A program made the position numbers and the translations under genes. A DNA stretch of 37,574 nt from Octopus bimaculoides (Eukaryota): contig NC_068985.1 of NCBI RefSeq assembly GCF_001194135.2, positions 56,710,450 to 56,748,023 of the forward strand, written 5' to 3'. The notes under the pieces are model-generated. The model did not search any database. It saw only the letters and a list, made by a program, of their open reading frames with translations, and was not told the origin of the DNA. This document shows, piece by piece, positions 11,815 to 23,574 of the stretch. Each line of letters opens with the position of its first letter. The stretch's first letter is position 1.

Positions 11815-13385
11815 AATTAAAAAGTCAGTAAAAGAATATGGAGAAGAAATATTAGAAAGGATGATTTTTTTTGCTTTATTTGTATTACAATTGGAAAAGT
11901 AATGCAAATTAAAAGATGAAAAATATACCTATAAGAGTATAAAAGGAACCGTCTCAACCAACAAAATAACCCTAAAATGGAAAAAAAAATGATATTCTAC
12001 ATACCTATATATGCTTCGATAAAGCAATATTTAAGAATCATCAATAATTATAACTTTAAAAGACGGCAAGCTGGCAGAAACGGTAGCACGTCTGTCTTAA
12101 CGTTCTGAGTTTAAATTCCGCCGAGGTCGACTTTGCCTTTAATCCTTTTCGGGGTTGATAAATTAAGTACCAGTTGCATACTGGGGTCGATCTAATCGAC
12201 TGGCCTCCTCCCCCAAAATACCGGGCCTTGTGCCTAGAGAAGAAAAGAATAATTATAACTTTAAAAGATACAATAATCTGTATACTGTTAGATCTCGTCA
12301 AGGAAAATAAGTGTATTTTAGTCTTCAGTTATGAAATAACTTATTTTTCATGTATATGAAATAAAAGGAGATCACTAGTGGCCCAAGATTTGACTCGGGG
12401 AATCTGTCCTGTTACACCGTTTTGGCCTCCTAGCATTGGTAGCAGTTCGTGTTGTGGTCCCGAATCTTTGAACGTTGGTGATTTTAATGTGTTTCAATGC
12501 GTAGGTGTGAAATTTTTGACGTGGTTACATACACACATAGACACGAAACACATGGAGATCATTAGCAGCTCAAATTTTGACCTAGAGAATTTGTCCTGTA
12601 ACACCGTTTTTGACTTCCCTAGTATTAATATTAGTTCGTATTTGTTGCAATGCTTTTGTGCACCTTGTGTTAAATGCAAAATGTTTTTTTCTAAGAATCG
12701 CTGAAGATTGTGGCCTGAATGATTTAACTCATAAATAGCACCAATGTTGTTCATCAAATCTTTATTTATAAACTTTTTCCTTGTGTGATTTTTTCGTATA
12801 TTGCACCACTCACGAAGGGTTACGGCTGTCCTTTTGCCACCTCCATCGCGTTAACCTTTATAGGTGTAAATATGAATAAATTTTAATATAGTATGTGTAA
12901 TAGGATTTCTTTTCAAATGGATTTGATGTTTAAGTAGTATTTTAACGTTCAATATTAGCTAAATTTTAAACGATAAATTTCTAAGCACATGGACTATGGG
13001 TCTTTTAAAGTAAGGTTGTTTACATTTGAAAATGTGTAAACATTATCCCCAAATAAGTCAAATAAGTTATTTCGTAACTCAAGACTAAAATACACTCAAT
13101 TTCCCGGAGAGATCTAACTATATACAAATTATTGCATCATTTAATGTTATAATTATTGATGATTCTTAAATATTGTTATATCGAAACATATGTATGTAGA
13201 ATATCTTTTTTTTTTATATTTTAGAGTTATTTTGTTGTTTGAGGCGGGATTCTTTATACTCTTATAGGTATATTTTTTCATCTTTTTTACCATCTTTTAA
13301 TTTGCGTTACTTTTCCAATTGTAATACAAATAAAACAAACCCAGCATCTTTTTTAATTTTTCTTCTCCATTTTGTTTTATTGACT

Positions 13386-13393
<8 letters not shown>
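11815..13393. mobile_element. Fold-back / long-TIR non-autonomous element: arms about 11815-12347 (interrupted by a SINE) and about 13058-13393, with a ~700-bp unique core
   Basis: Colinear reverse-complement blocks: aattaaaaagtca, tttgtattacaattggaaaagtaa, tatacctataagagtataaa, ttaagaatcatcaataattataac, gtgtattttagtctt, gaaataacttattt. The right end abuts (TA)n at 13394-13437. Confidence 0.85.
12064..12247 (+). mobile_element. Young SINE family B insertion with a 21-bp target-site duplication
   Basis: AATAATTATAACTTTAAAAGA is identical at 12043-12063 and 12248-12268. A-box-like TGGCAGAAACGG and B-box-like GAGTTTAAATTCC are present. The SINE is absent from the sister arm at about 13140-13160. 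Confidence 0.92.
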
Positions 13394-13439
<46 letters not shown>

Positions 13440-13454
13440 CTATATCTATCTATC

Positions 13455-13599
13455 TACCTCCCACTTTTTTATTTTTTATTTTACTTTATTTTCCTTCCTT
13501 CTCCTCCCCAAAAAGAAAAGCTCTACTTTGTAACTTGTCCCCTCCGTGTTTACCCTTGTGTAGCTAATAAAGAAACATATCTATCTATCTATCTATCTC

Positions 13600-13632
<33 letters not shown>

Positions 13633-13680
13633 TTATCTGTCTGTCTGTCTATCTGTCTGTCTATATATCCATCCATCTAT
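13455..13680 (+). repeat. Possible LINE 3' terminus (AATAAA) followed by an (ATCT)n/(GTCT)n tail
   Basis: ...ttgtaacttgtcccctccgtgtttacccttgtgtagctAATAAAgaaacat then (ATCT)n. The microsatellite is certain; the LINE assignment is only recalled similarity. Confidence 0.4.
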
Positions 13681-13919
13681 CAAACCATACGAACAACTAA
13701 CATGCTACCTGATGGCGCTAGATATAGTTTCAGCTGTAAGGTGTATCTAATGATAACTCTTTGACAATGAAAATCAAAAAAGTCTCACAGATTAAAATAA
13801 AAATTCACTGAGTAAGAAATATTCAGAAAGATGACAAGCCCTTGGATTTCTCTAATATATATATTACGCCTATATAAAAAAAATACAGAATTACGCACAC
13901 GCGCTCACATACACACATG

Positions 13920-13954
13920 TAGTCTCTGGTTATAGTCTCTGGTTATAGTCTCTG
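13920..13954. repeat. Short tandem repeat of the 13-mer TAGTCTCTGGTTA (about 2.6 copies)
   Basis: Read directly. Confidence 0.9.
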
Positions 13955-15993
13955 TACAGGGTTGAACTCAGGTTGGGTACGATTCTTGGTATCCAGGATA
14001 GATAAAGTAACGTGTTTATTAATTTTGTCCCATTGTAGTTCTCACTGGGAGCGTTGAACAGTGGGTCCCCTTTTATTTCTCTATTCACTAGGGATCATAG
14101 TGCAATCAAATCTATGTGTCTTAGCAGGTCGTTTCGCATGTATATGGTTTCATACTCTAACCAATTGCAAAGTATGCTGAGCAAGTAAATTCTATTCTAG
14201 CTCTACATTAGTCAATAAGGTGTAAGTAGAATATGGTAGATTAAAACTGTTTACAACCCTGGCAAGTGTGTGTTCAGATCCTTCTTTGTACATGCATACA
14301 TACATACATACATACACACACAAACTTATGTATACCTGTAAACATTTTACTTAAGTTATTAATTATATAAAAAACTAATAACAAGCAGAATTACACAGAC
14401 CCAATGGAAGATTCTTCGTATGTAAACGCCTTTCGCTCTTTTCAGCTTTTTGAACACATTTGTTACAATAAGGTATAGAAGTAGTTGTTTTTAGTATACG
14501 TTGTCTCTGTTTAAGCTGTAATTTTCGATTCGGTATCCTTATAATTTATTCCTTTTCGTTTATTTTTCTTGACTGTTAATGTTCTTCGTGTATAACCAAA
14601 AAATACTATTTTGAATGTATTCGCACAAATTTCTTGATGTTCACTATATGAAACTTATGAAACATGCATAGCAGAAAATATTTAATTTAACTTCTGTGCA
14701 TCCTATTTCAGTTCATTAATTTTGTTCCGTTCTGGCCGATATAATTCTCATCGGATTGTGGACATGTCATGCAATAAAGTAGTTATTTTGTTCTGCAATT
14801 TGTATTGCATTAACCGTAAATAGGATCTAACACAATTCAATTTTATTTACAATTTGAATAGGAATACAGAAACCTGAGGTAGAAAATTAGAGACAATTCT
14901 GTGAATCTTCAAAATATACATATTATTCCCGATTATATTTATCATGTTATTATTTCATTCCATGATACTAACTTATTCATTGTAAATCTATTTGATGTTG
15001 GTTAGCAGAGTAGACATTTTACTAAATGTTTTCCAATGTTGACTACCCGCTATTTTTTTATGAACTCCAGTATACAATGTGGCATACATTTGTAAGTGGA
15101 TATAAACATGTTTTGGATAATTTCGTATGCTGTAATGAGAATCGAAAAACCTTCGTACAAACACACTAAAGGAAATATTTTTCTCGCCATGTTATAAGAC
15201 AAAGCAAATTTTCATAGTTCATTAAATACCTTTCGCCGACACAAAACCAAAACAGTTTCCCCAAACCTTTCTTTTTAAATTTACCATTTGAAAGGGAAAA
15301 TAATATGAAATGAATTTGTCAGTTGAATTTAGCTTGTTGAATGACTACTCAAAGTCTTCCCCGTTGGTTCGTTTTGTAAATGTATATTATCTTTATATAT
15401 AACATCTTCGATGCAGATCTCGCATTATCTTACTGTATAAGCTCCTACGCTAAAATGGTCATTGCAAAAGCCTGGCTTCATTCATCTATTTTTCAATTAT
15501 ATCCGCTGCGATCATGCTCTATTTCCCAAGCATATAACTCTACCATCTTGCTTAACATGTGTAATTTCTTACTTCACTGCCTTCATGCTTGCATATATAC
15601 AATATAAATTCCAGTGGATCTATATTTTTCACGATCCACTGAAGATTATAATAATTTTCTGATTCAGGGTACGCACGTAATAGTAAAAAGAGCGACTTCC
15701 TAAATAGACTACAATATTTAGTTATATTCTTCACAACCCCTACTTGTTTAGCTCTTTATCAACCTTACTTTACAGAACTATGATTAAATGTTTTCCAGTT
15801 GTGACCATCTTAAACTGCGTTTAAGACTACATTATCTAATAGAATGTCTCCTAGTTCAAACGGTAGTTGTTCAATCGAGACAAATTTCGCTGCTATTTTT
15901 TGTAAGTCGACAGATAAAAAAAAAAGCAGTTCCTAGTGATTTCTTCTGTTCTCAGTTTTATACTGCAATGGTTGAGGGAGTTGCAATACTATG

Positions 15994-16120
15994 ATGGTGA
16001 AATGGTAGAGTAGCTTCTCTAACCATAGATGATCCGACTGTCTCCGATCTGCGTTCAAATATCGCCGAGATTATCTTTGCCTCTCGTTTAGTCGAAGTCG
16101 AAAGATAAGACACCAGTTTT
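15994..16120 (+). mobile_element. Highly diverged SINE family B fragment
   Basis: ggtgaaatggtagag...ctgcgttcaaatatcgccgagattatctttgcct resembles ctgagttcaaatt.cgccgaggtc.actttgcct. Confidence 0.5.
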
Positions 16121-17133
16121 GCACGGAGACTGATTCCTCTCTTTCTTCGCTCTGATTTATTTTCTCTCTGTAATTTTCGTCTCTTTGTAGCTGAAATCGT
16201 AAGTGGTCATATTTAGAGAGAAGGTGCACAAGACATGATGTATGTCACCCCTCTACCCCTTCGACTCCAAAGTGAATTGGGAACTGAAGGTCAGGTAATA
16301 CCTGAAATTATTTTTGCCTCACTGAACCGCTATTGAGATACTGACTTTAATTCTGAAAAACAAAATCACCTGAACATACATACTTCCACTTTGGTAATAG
16401 ATTAACCCCGACACGCATTAAACTACGCCGACATATATTAAACTATAATTCACCTCTGCTTCTCTCGGCAGAAGTTTTTAGAGATTATTGAGATAGTAAT
16501 CCTGCTAATTAGAATCAGATACGAATACAGGAAACGAGATATGAGATACGAGATACAAGAATAATATATCAATATAAGAGACAGACATTTTAAACACTAA
16601 ATGTACAGATAAGTAGGAGTAGATACGTATAAGCTGTGATTATCAAATTTTCAATGTCTGAGTATATCACAGAAAGATGTACACACTACGAAAGCTGCTC
16701 AAACGAACTGATAATAATATACGTGATTATAGAGAAATCAATATTACTAACTACGTATCTAACACACTTATATAAATAATACCGACAATTACCTATCTAT
16801 AACACAAAAAACAGACACATACACGGTCACAAGTTACGATATAGAATCTATATTAATAGCAAATGATAAATCAAAACTCATAGATATACAACACACGTGA
16901 AAACTTCTATGAATATTATAGAGAGTTAACAGTTATGCGGTTTTAAATCTAGTGACGATGGATTTATTTGTCAGAAACGTATCCCTATGGTGCCTTACAA
17001 AAACTCAAATAGCCACTATGCACCACTATTGCCACATCATTCAGAAGATGAGGCCGAGAAGATATTAAAATGTACCGAGACTTGACGATAATTCATTTGA
17101 ACGAAACATATATATATGCATACATATATTTGC

Positions 17134-17194
<61 letters not shown>

Positions 17195-17271
17195 GTGGTA
17201 AATATACTGTCGGCTAAATTACTAGAAAATGAAAATAACACAGATATCTCATCCTAACAAATATATTTATC

Positions 17272-17760
17272 ATAGCATTTGGAGTTATCACTAGTGATTT
17301 GGATTTATAGCATTTGGAGTTATCGCTAGTGATGAGGTTATGCCTCTATTCAACTTCCCACACGGCCTCAGACTCAATACGGAGGCCTACATCAAGTGCC
17401 TGGAGGAGGTAGTGCTGCACGGGGTCAAAAGAATGGCTGCTAGAAGACCCTATGTCTAGAACAGGACTCTGCAAGATGCCACACAAGCAGGACAACACAA
17501 TCATGGCTGTCAGACAATTTCTGCGACAACATTACCCCTAGCATCTGGCCACTTAACTCCGTACATAGCAACCCCCTTGATTATTATGTGTGGGGCGCAG
17601 TTGAGCGAGAGATCAACAAAATTCCTTGTAACATCAAAGATGAAAAGAAGGTAAAGATTATAGCAGCATTCACCAACTTAAACAAGGAGAGTTGCAGGAG
17701 ATTCCAAAGTCGTTTGGAGGCCATGACGATTTGATGTATTGAATAAATTTACTCTTTAGT
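17272..17760 (+). mobile_element. Tc1/mariner-superfamily DD37D (maT) transposase remnant, C-terminal half, with a stop and a frameshift
   Basis: FGVIASDEVMPLFNFPHGLRLNTEAYIKCLEEVV...RRPYV* / QDSARCHTSRTTQSWLSDNFCDNITPSIWPLNSVHSNPLDYYVWGAVER. I count 37 residues between the QD and PLD aspartates. A 27-bp segment is duplicated at the 5' break (17272-17298, 17307-17333). Confidence 0.85.
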
Positions 17761-17815
17761 ATTTCAAGATATCTTAATGCAATTTTGGTAAATATATCTG
17801 CTAAAATATATCTGA

Positions 17816-18787
17816 NNNNNNNNNNNNNNNNNNNNNNNNNNNNNNNNNNNNNNNNNNNNNNNNNNNNNNNNNNNNNNNNNNNNNNNNNNNNNNNNNNNNN
17901 NNNNNNNNNNNNNNNNNNNNNNNNNNNNNNNNNNNNNNNNNNNNNNNNNNNNNNNNNNNNNNNNNNNNNNNNNNNNNNNNNNNNNNNNNNNNNNNNNNNN
18001 NNNNNNNNNNNNNNNNNNNNNNNNNNNNNNNNNNNNNNNNNNNNNNNNNNNNNNNNNNNNNNNNNNNNNNNNNNNNNNNNNNNNNNNNNNNNNNNNNNNN
18101 NNNNNNNNNNNNNNNNNNNNNNNNNNNNNNNNNNNNNNNNNNNNNNNNNNNNNNNNNNNNNNNNNNNNNNNNNNNNNNNNNNNNNNNNNNNNNNNNNNNN
18201 NNNNNNNNNNNNNNNNNNNNNNNNNNNNNNNNNNNNNNNNNNNNNNNNNNNNNNNNNNNNNNNNNNNNNNNNNNNNNNNNNNNNNNNNNNNNNNNNNNNN
18301 NNNNNNNNNNNNNNNNNNNNNNNNNNNNNNNNNNNNNNNNNNNNNNNNNNNNNNNNNNNNNNNNNNNNNNNNNNNNNNNNNNNNNNNNNNNNNNNNNNNN
18401 NNNNNNNNNNNNNNNNNNNNNNNNNNNNNNNNNNNNNNNNNNNNNNNNNNNNNNNNNNNNNNNNNNNNNNNNNNNNNNNNNNNNNNNNNNNNNNNNNNNN
18501 NNNNNNNNNNNNNNNNNNNNNNNNNNNNNNNNNNNNNNNNNNNNNNNNNNNNNNNNNNNNNNNNNNNNNNNNNNNNNNNNNNNNNNNNNNNNNNNNNNNN
18601 NNNNNNNNNNNNNNNNNNNNNNNNNNNNNNNNNNNNNNNNNNNNNNNNNNNNNNNNNNNNNNNNNNNNNNNNNNNNNNNNNNNNNNNNNNNNNNNNNNNN
18701 NNNNNNNNNNNNNNNNNNNNNNNNNNNNNNNNNNNNNNNNNNNNNNNNNNNNNNNNNNNNNNNNNNNNNNNNNNNNNNNNNNNNNNN
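17816..18787. other. Largest of nine assembly gaps (others: 4623-4831, 5873-6194, 7028-7107, 11619-11628, 21563-22301, 25102-25635, 27014-27693, 31570-31673)
   Basis: N-runs, most flanked by (TA)n, (CA)n or (CCT)n; typical of short-read scaffolding breaking at microsatellites. Confidence 0.98.
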
Positions 18788-18859
18788 TATATATACATAC
18801 ATACATACATGTATATATATATACATGCATACATACATACATACATACACACACACACA

Positions 18860-20015
18860 CTAGCAGAAGTACTCGGTGTTGCCGCGTTAAAGAAAAGGAA
18901 TGAAATTTCATTTTTAACTCGATATATTTTCTTCATATTTATGGAGATTAGTGATTTTAACATTACTGTTATAACAAATTCTGCGCGATCATTAGCAATA
19001 ATAATTTTAAATCAGAAAACACAGACAAATTGTGGTAAGATTTCTTTATTATATAAAACATAAGAGTTTTTCCCAATGTGGTATAAATGAAAAAAATTTA
19101 GAACTTCCTGTACGTGCGCATCCAACATAGAATTAGGTTCCTCTAGTTGCAAACCGCTTATTGATAATGCCTGTCTAATTGTAATCCATACTCTTTTAAA
19201 CTGTATTGGTGGTAAATTAATCGGCATCTGAATTATTGAAATAAATAAATTATAATCTGTTCTACATCCAGAGTGTAGTAGCTTCTATAACATAAAGTAT
19301 AATTTTATTCACTATAAGTGTTGTTTAGTTGCACTATTTTGGAGTTTCTAAATTTCTTAGAAGCATTATAAGAGTTTCAAATTTCAAGTCACGCTTATGA
19401 GGAGGTAAACCTGGTTGTTCTAGTGAATTTAAAAACTCGACTCGATAAATTGCTATTTCTTATCGATCAACAACAGTGTCAATATGTGTGTATTATTGGC
19501 AAGTTCCAGGAAGGCACATTAGATCAAGGTTTATTGCATTCACTGTTACATTCTTCGAGGCTAGAATTAATGAATTCGTTTTCTGATTTCTCCACTGTGC
19601 AAATAAATGACGAATTTATAGCATCTTCCACAGGCACTCTTCCTTCTCCTAGTATTAATAACTCTTGAGCAAATTGTTCAAATAATCTATCACCATGAAG
19701 ATATACTCCCATATTTGTTTCAAGCTTCAGTACTTTTATTAAGTAGAATTGTTATGATTTAAAGCAGGCACGACTTTCATCTGCTTTCGTTCCCTTTGAA
19801 ATAGCTGGAAGGGTTCAACTAAAATCACCAGATAGAGCAACTGCCACACTTCCGTTTGAAGAGTCATTATTTCGAATATCTTCCAATTATCTGTCAACAA
19901 CTTCAAAGTTTCTTTTAGGTCATTGTACATTCATTCCATATCATGAGTTGACATTTGAGAACTTCAGCTATTCCTGAATTCTTGGTGATGTTGCCCACAA
20001 GACTTTCATTAAACC
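18860..20015 (-). mobile_element. Helitron remnant: C-terminal half of the Pif1-like helicase, 3' UTR and terminal CTAG
   Basis: Minus-strand fragments NITKNSGIAEVLKCQLMIWNECTM, EVVDR*LEDIRNN..SGDFS*TLPAISKGTKADE, NMGVYLHGD..FAQELLILGEG, VEFLNSLEQPGLPPHK, IMLLRNLE, LPPIQFKR..SGLQLEEP. The 3' end reads ..cgcggcaacaccgagtacttctgCTAG|t (plus-strand 18860-18863). Confidence 0.9.
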
Positions 20016-20020
20016 ACATA

Positions 20021-21090
20021 CAAGGTGAGATCAAAAAGTATCGGGACTGTTGCTATGATAACGGAACTACAGTACGTAGAGTAAAGTCGTTTGACTCAGA
20101 TTGAACTTGAATACGTTTGCGCTTGCGCACTAATCTATAGCCTTTTTGCTCACTTCCCTTGCTTATAGTAGTGCTTGGAAGTTAAGTGCGTAGAGTGTAG
20201 TCATCTCACCATTCCATAGAATTTCCATTAGTAACCATGGCAGAGAAAATTTAGTAGAGATCCTTATTAAATTCTGCCAAAAGCTAGAGACCGACGTAAA
20301 GTTGTAGAAAGTAGTATATGGAGAGGTGTGTATGATCCGAACATAAATATATGATGACATGAATTCCCCGATGGCTGAGGAAATGTCAATAATAACGCAG
20401 ATCCGACCTGCAACCAGCAGTGCTGATGAAAATATCGAAGATATGCCAACGTGCAATTTTGCGTTAAACTTGCGAAATCTCTTTCAAAGACATTGAGCAT
20501 ATTTCGGCAATCTTATGATGACAAGGCAATGGGTCGTACGCAATATTTCGAGTGGCACAGGCGCTTCAAAAACGGAAGAACATCACTGGAAGACGATGAG
20601 CGATCTTGAAGATCTGCCACAAGTTTCATCCCTAGAAATGTGGTACTGTGCTTGGAAAATTCGTCCCCAAGGGCCAGACCAAGAGAATCTCGAAGAGTTT
20701 AAGGGAGAACATTCAGCGAAAGCGACCGCATCTGTGGATTCTTCACTGGATTCTTCACTGAGCTTTCCTTACTTGTAAGTTGCCGCCAAAAACGACATGG
20801 TGTCGCTCCCACCCCCGCCCTATTCTCCAGGTTTATTACCTGCGGACTTCTGTCTCTTCCTTGTGGTGAAGATACAGTTCAAAGGCCACCGTTTTAACAC
20901 CGATGTCGAGATCCAGAGAGAATATCAGAATATCCTTGACTGGCTGACGAAACACGACTTCATGGCCAAATGGCAGGAATCCTTGGATCGGTGTATTCCT
21001 ACGCAAGATTCATTATTTCGAAGAGGATGATCTTAAAACTTAGGTAGATAAATTTAGGATTCTTTCTTTCAAATGAAGGTCTATACCTCG
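20021..21090 (+). mobile_element. Degenerate mariner (DD34D-type) element with internal deletion and two tandem N-terminal HTH segments
   Basis: TA (20019-20020) then TIR-like CAAGGTGAGATCAAAAAGTATCGGGACT. IKFCQKL..VYGEVCMIRT..RPATS; then VQFCVKLAKS..MGRTQYFEWHRRFKNGRTSLEDDERS; then LPPPPYSPGLLPADFCLF..KGHRF..KWQESLDRCI. The right TIR is eroded. Confidence 0.85.
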
Positions 21091-22303
21091 GTGGTATATT
21101 TTCTTGGGGTTTCTAATATCACTATAATTCATCTGAACAACATTCAGGACATGACACTGTTGAAGTTTGAAATCATGCTGATAATAATATTCAACATGTT
21201 CTAAGTTTATGCTTTTTCAAAATATCTCCAAGCAAGTTCAGACTTGGTTTATTATTGCACCTGCATTATACGATATTGAATGATACACCTTGAGGCAATT
21301 TCAGACTTTATTAGTGCTCCATTGTTTTAAGATATTACATCATATATATTTAGGTATTTCATCGAAACTTAAAATGTTTCATACATATGGAATGAAGTGA
21401 GTACTCATTTCCAATACAACCACTGAAAATGGAGGAGTACAATTTTGTCATTTTTTACAAAATTTCAGCCAGTGAACCATATTTATCCTATCTTTACATT
21501 CTACAAAACTTGGCCATATACACTTTTTTTCACATAATCATTAAACCTATAGAGGAATTAAGNNNNNNNNNNNNNNNNNNNNNNNNNNNNNNNNNNNNNN
21601 NNNNNNNNNNNNNNNNNNNNNNNNNNNNNNNNNNNNNNNNNNNNNNNNNNNNNNNNNNNNNNNNNNNNNNNNNNNNNNNNNNNNNNNNNNNNNNNNNNNN
21701 NNNNNNNNNNNNNNNNNNNNNNNNNNNNNNNNNNNNNNNNNNNNNNNNNNNNNNNNNNNNNNNNNNNNNNNNNNNNNNNNNNNNNNNNNNNNNNNNNNNN
21801 NNNNNNNNNNNNNNNNNNNNNNNNNNNNNNNNNNNNNNNNNNNNNNNNNNNNNNNNNNNNNNNNNNNNNNNNNNNNNNNNNNNNNNNNNNNNNNNNNNNN
21901 NNNNNNNNNNNNNNNNNNNNNNNNNNNNNNNNNNNNNNNNNNNNNNNNNNNNNNNNNNNNNNNNNNNNNNNNNNNNNNNNNNNNNNNNNNNNNNNNNNNN
22001 NNNNNNNNNNNNNNNNNNNNNNNNNNNNNNNNNNNNNNNNNNNNNNNNNNNNNNNNNNNNNNNNNNNNNNNNNNNNNNNNNNNNNNNNNNNNNNNNNNNN
22101 NNNNNNNNNNNNNNNNNNNNNNNNNNNNNNNNNNNNNNNNNNNNNNNNNNNNNNNNNNNNNNNNNNNNNNNNNNNNNNNNNNNNNNNNNNNNNNNNNNNN
22201 NNNNNNNNNNNNNNNNNNNNNNNNNNNNNNNNNNNNNNNNNNNNNNNNNNNNNNNNNNNNNNNNNNNNNNNNNNNNNNNNNNNNNNNNNNNNNNNNNNNN
22301 NAT

Positions 22304-22834
22304 ATAGCTGAAGGATTAAAATTAACCAGAGGACATAGTAAGTATGTCTACCTGTTGGAAATAACAGTCAAAACTCTTATTTAAATCGCCAAAATACACT
22401 GATAATAACTACAGAAGTCAACAGTCCGAAGGCAAATGGGACAAGGCAATCTCTCATTCAAATATATGGACTCACGTGGACCCATTTCAGGACTGGCATA
22501 ACACCCTAACCTTCCTCAGCATGCGTTACCATGATAGAGAATCCCAACCCGTCGGGTGGAAGTGTGCGCTGCAACTGATTCGTTTTGCACCGAAGTCATG
22601 GCAGCCACTAGTGTGAAAATAATTTCAATACGGAGCAAATAATTCACGAGAAAAATAATTCACAAATATAATATGCGAAGATATCATTGACTATTATTAC
22701 CTAGTGTAACTATTTTAAAATGATCGTAGCTATTATCAAGGTATTTTGGCGATTTAAATAAGAGTTTTAACTGTTATTTCCAGCAGGTAGCCATGCTTAG
22801 TACGTTCTGTGATTAATTTTAATCTTTCAGCTAT
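22304..22834. mobile_element. MITE-like element (about 530 bp) with ~109-bp imperfect TIRs (22304-22412 and 22726-22834)
   Basis: atagctgaaggattaaaatt...ctacctgttggaaataacagtcaaaactcttatttaaatcgccaaaatac versus its reverse complement in the right arm. No ORF. The left end abuts a gap. Confidence 0.85.
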
Positions 22835-23574
22835 TTAATGCTTTTTTTGGGCCTGCAATCGCCTATATTTTTGATTCTGTTATACAATATCATATTGCGT
22901 CTACTGACATGTCCTTGCCGCCCACTAAATTCCATGTGAAGTCGAGTCGAATCAAACAGTTGTTGAATACAGTTATAACACCTACCTATTTCACAATATG
23001 TATATTAAAGAAGCAATGAATTCTCTGAATAAACCGATTATCCGATTTTCTTTAGCATGTGTTACTTTGCTTAAAGAGGGAATTTGGTTTTTCATTTAAT
23101 TTTTTAATATTTTTTCATTCCATTAATTTACTTTTGATGTCTTTATTATTGGTATTATCTTTGCGTTTCTCTCCTCTTCTTTGTCAATGGAATGCTAAAA
23201 TTAATAGCATGGTATAGTTATAAAACAAAGAGAAGCTAAAGATGATCTAGCAGTGATTTGGAACCGACTCATTCGAAGATGCGTATGTATACAGCTTTTG
23301 TTGAATCATAATAATACAATAATGTGTATAATATATGTAACACTCGACGATTACCAGCTGATAATGTTCCGCTAAAACAATTATAGTGATTTATAATAAA
23401 CCCTGTTCAGTCCATCGCATATTAGAATTCTTTTGTGTATATTTAACAGATAATTGCGGATTTCCACATGCGGACGTCCTACTGTATAACACCATCTGGT
23501 TGCCGATGCCTAAAGAGGAGCTTTTGGACACCACACTATAATGTTAACATTACCCAGATAATATGATATATATA

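Noticed and set aside
14446-14472. Possible 27-nt micro-exon (ctcttttcag|CTTTTTGAACACATTTGTTACAATAAG|gtatag; LFEHICYNK)
   Set aside because: Weak donor site, no partner exons or homology; such matches are expected by chance in AT-rich DNA.
15612-15641. CAGTGGATC...GATCCACTG 9-bp stem
   Set aside because: Short stem with a 12-nt loop; plausible by chance.
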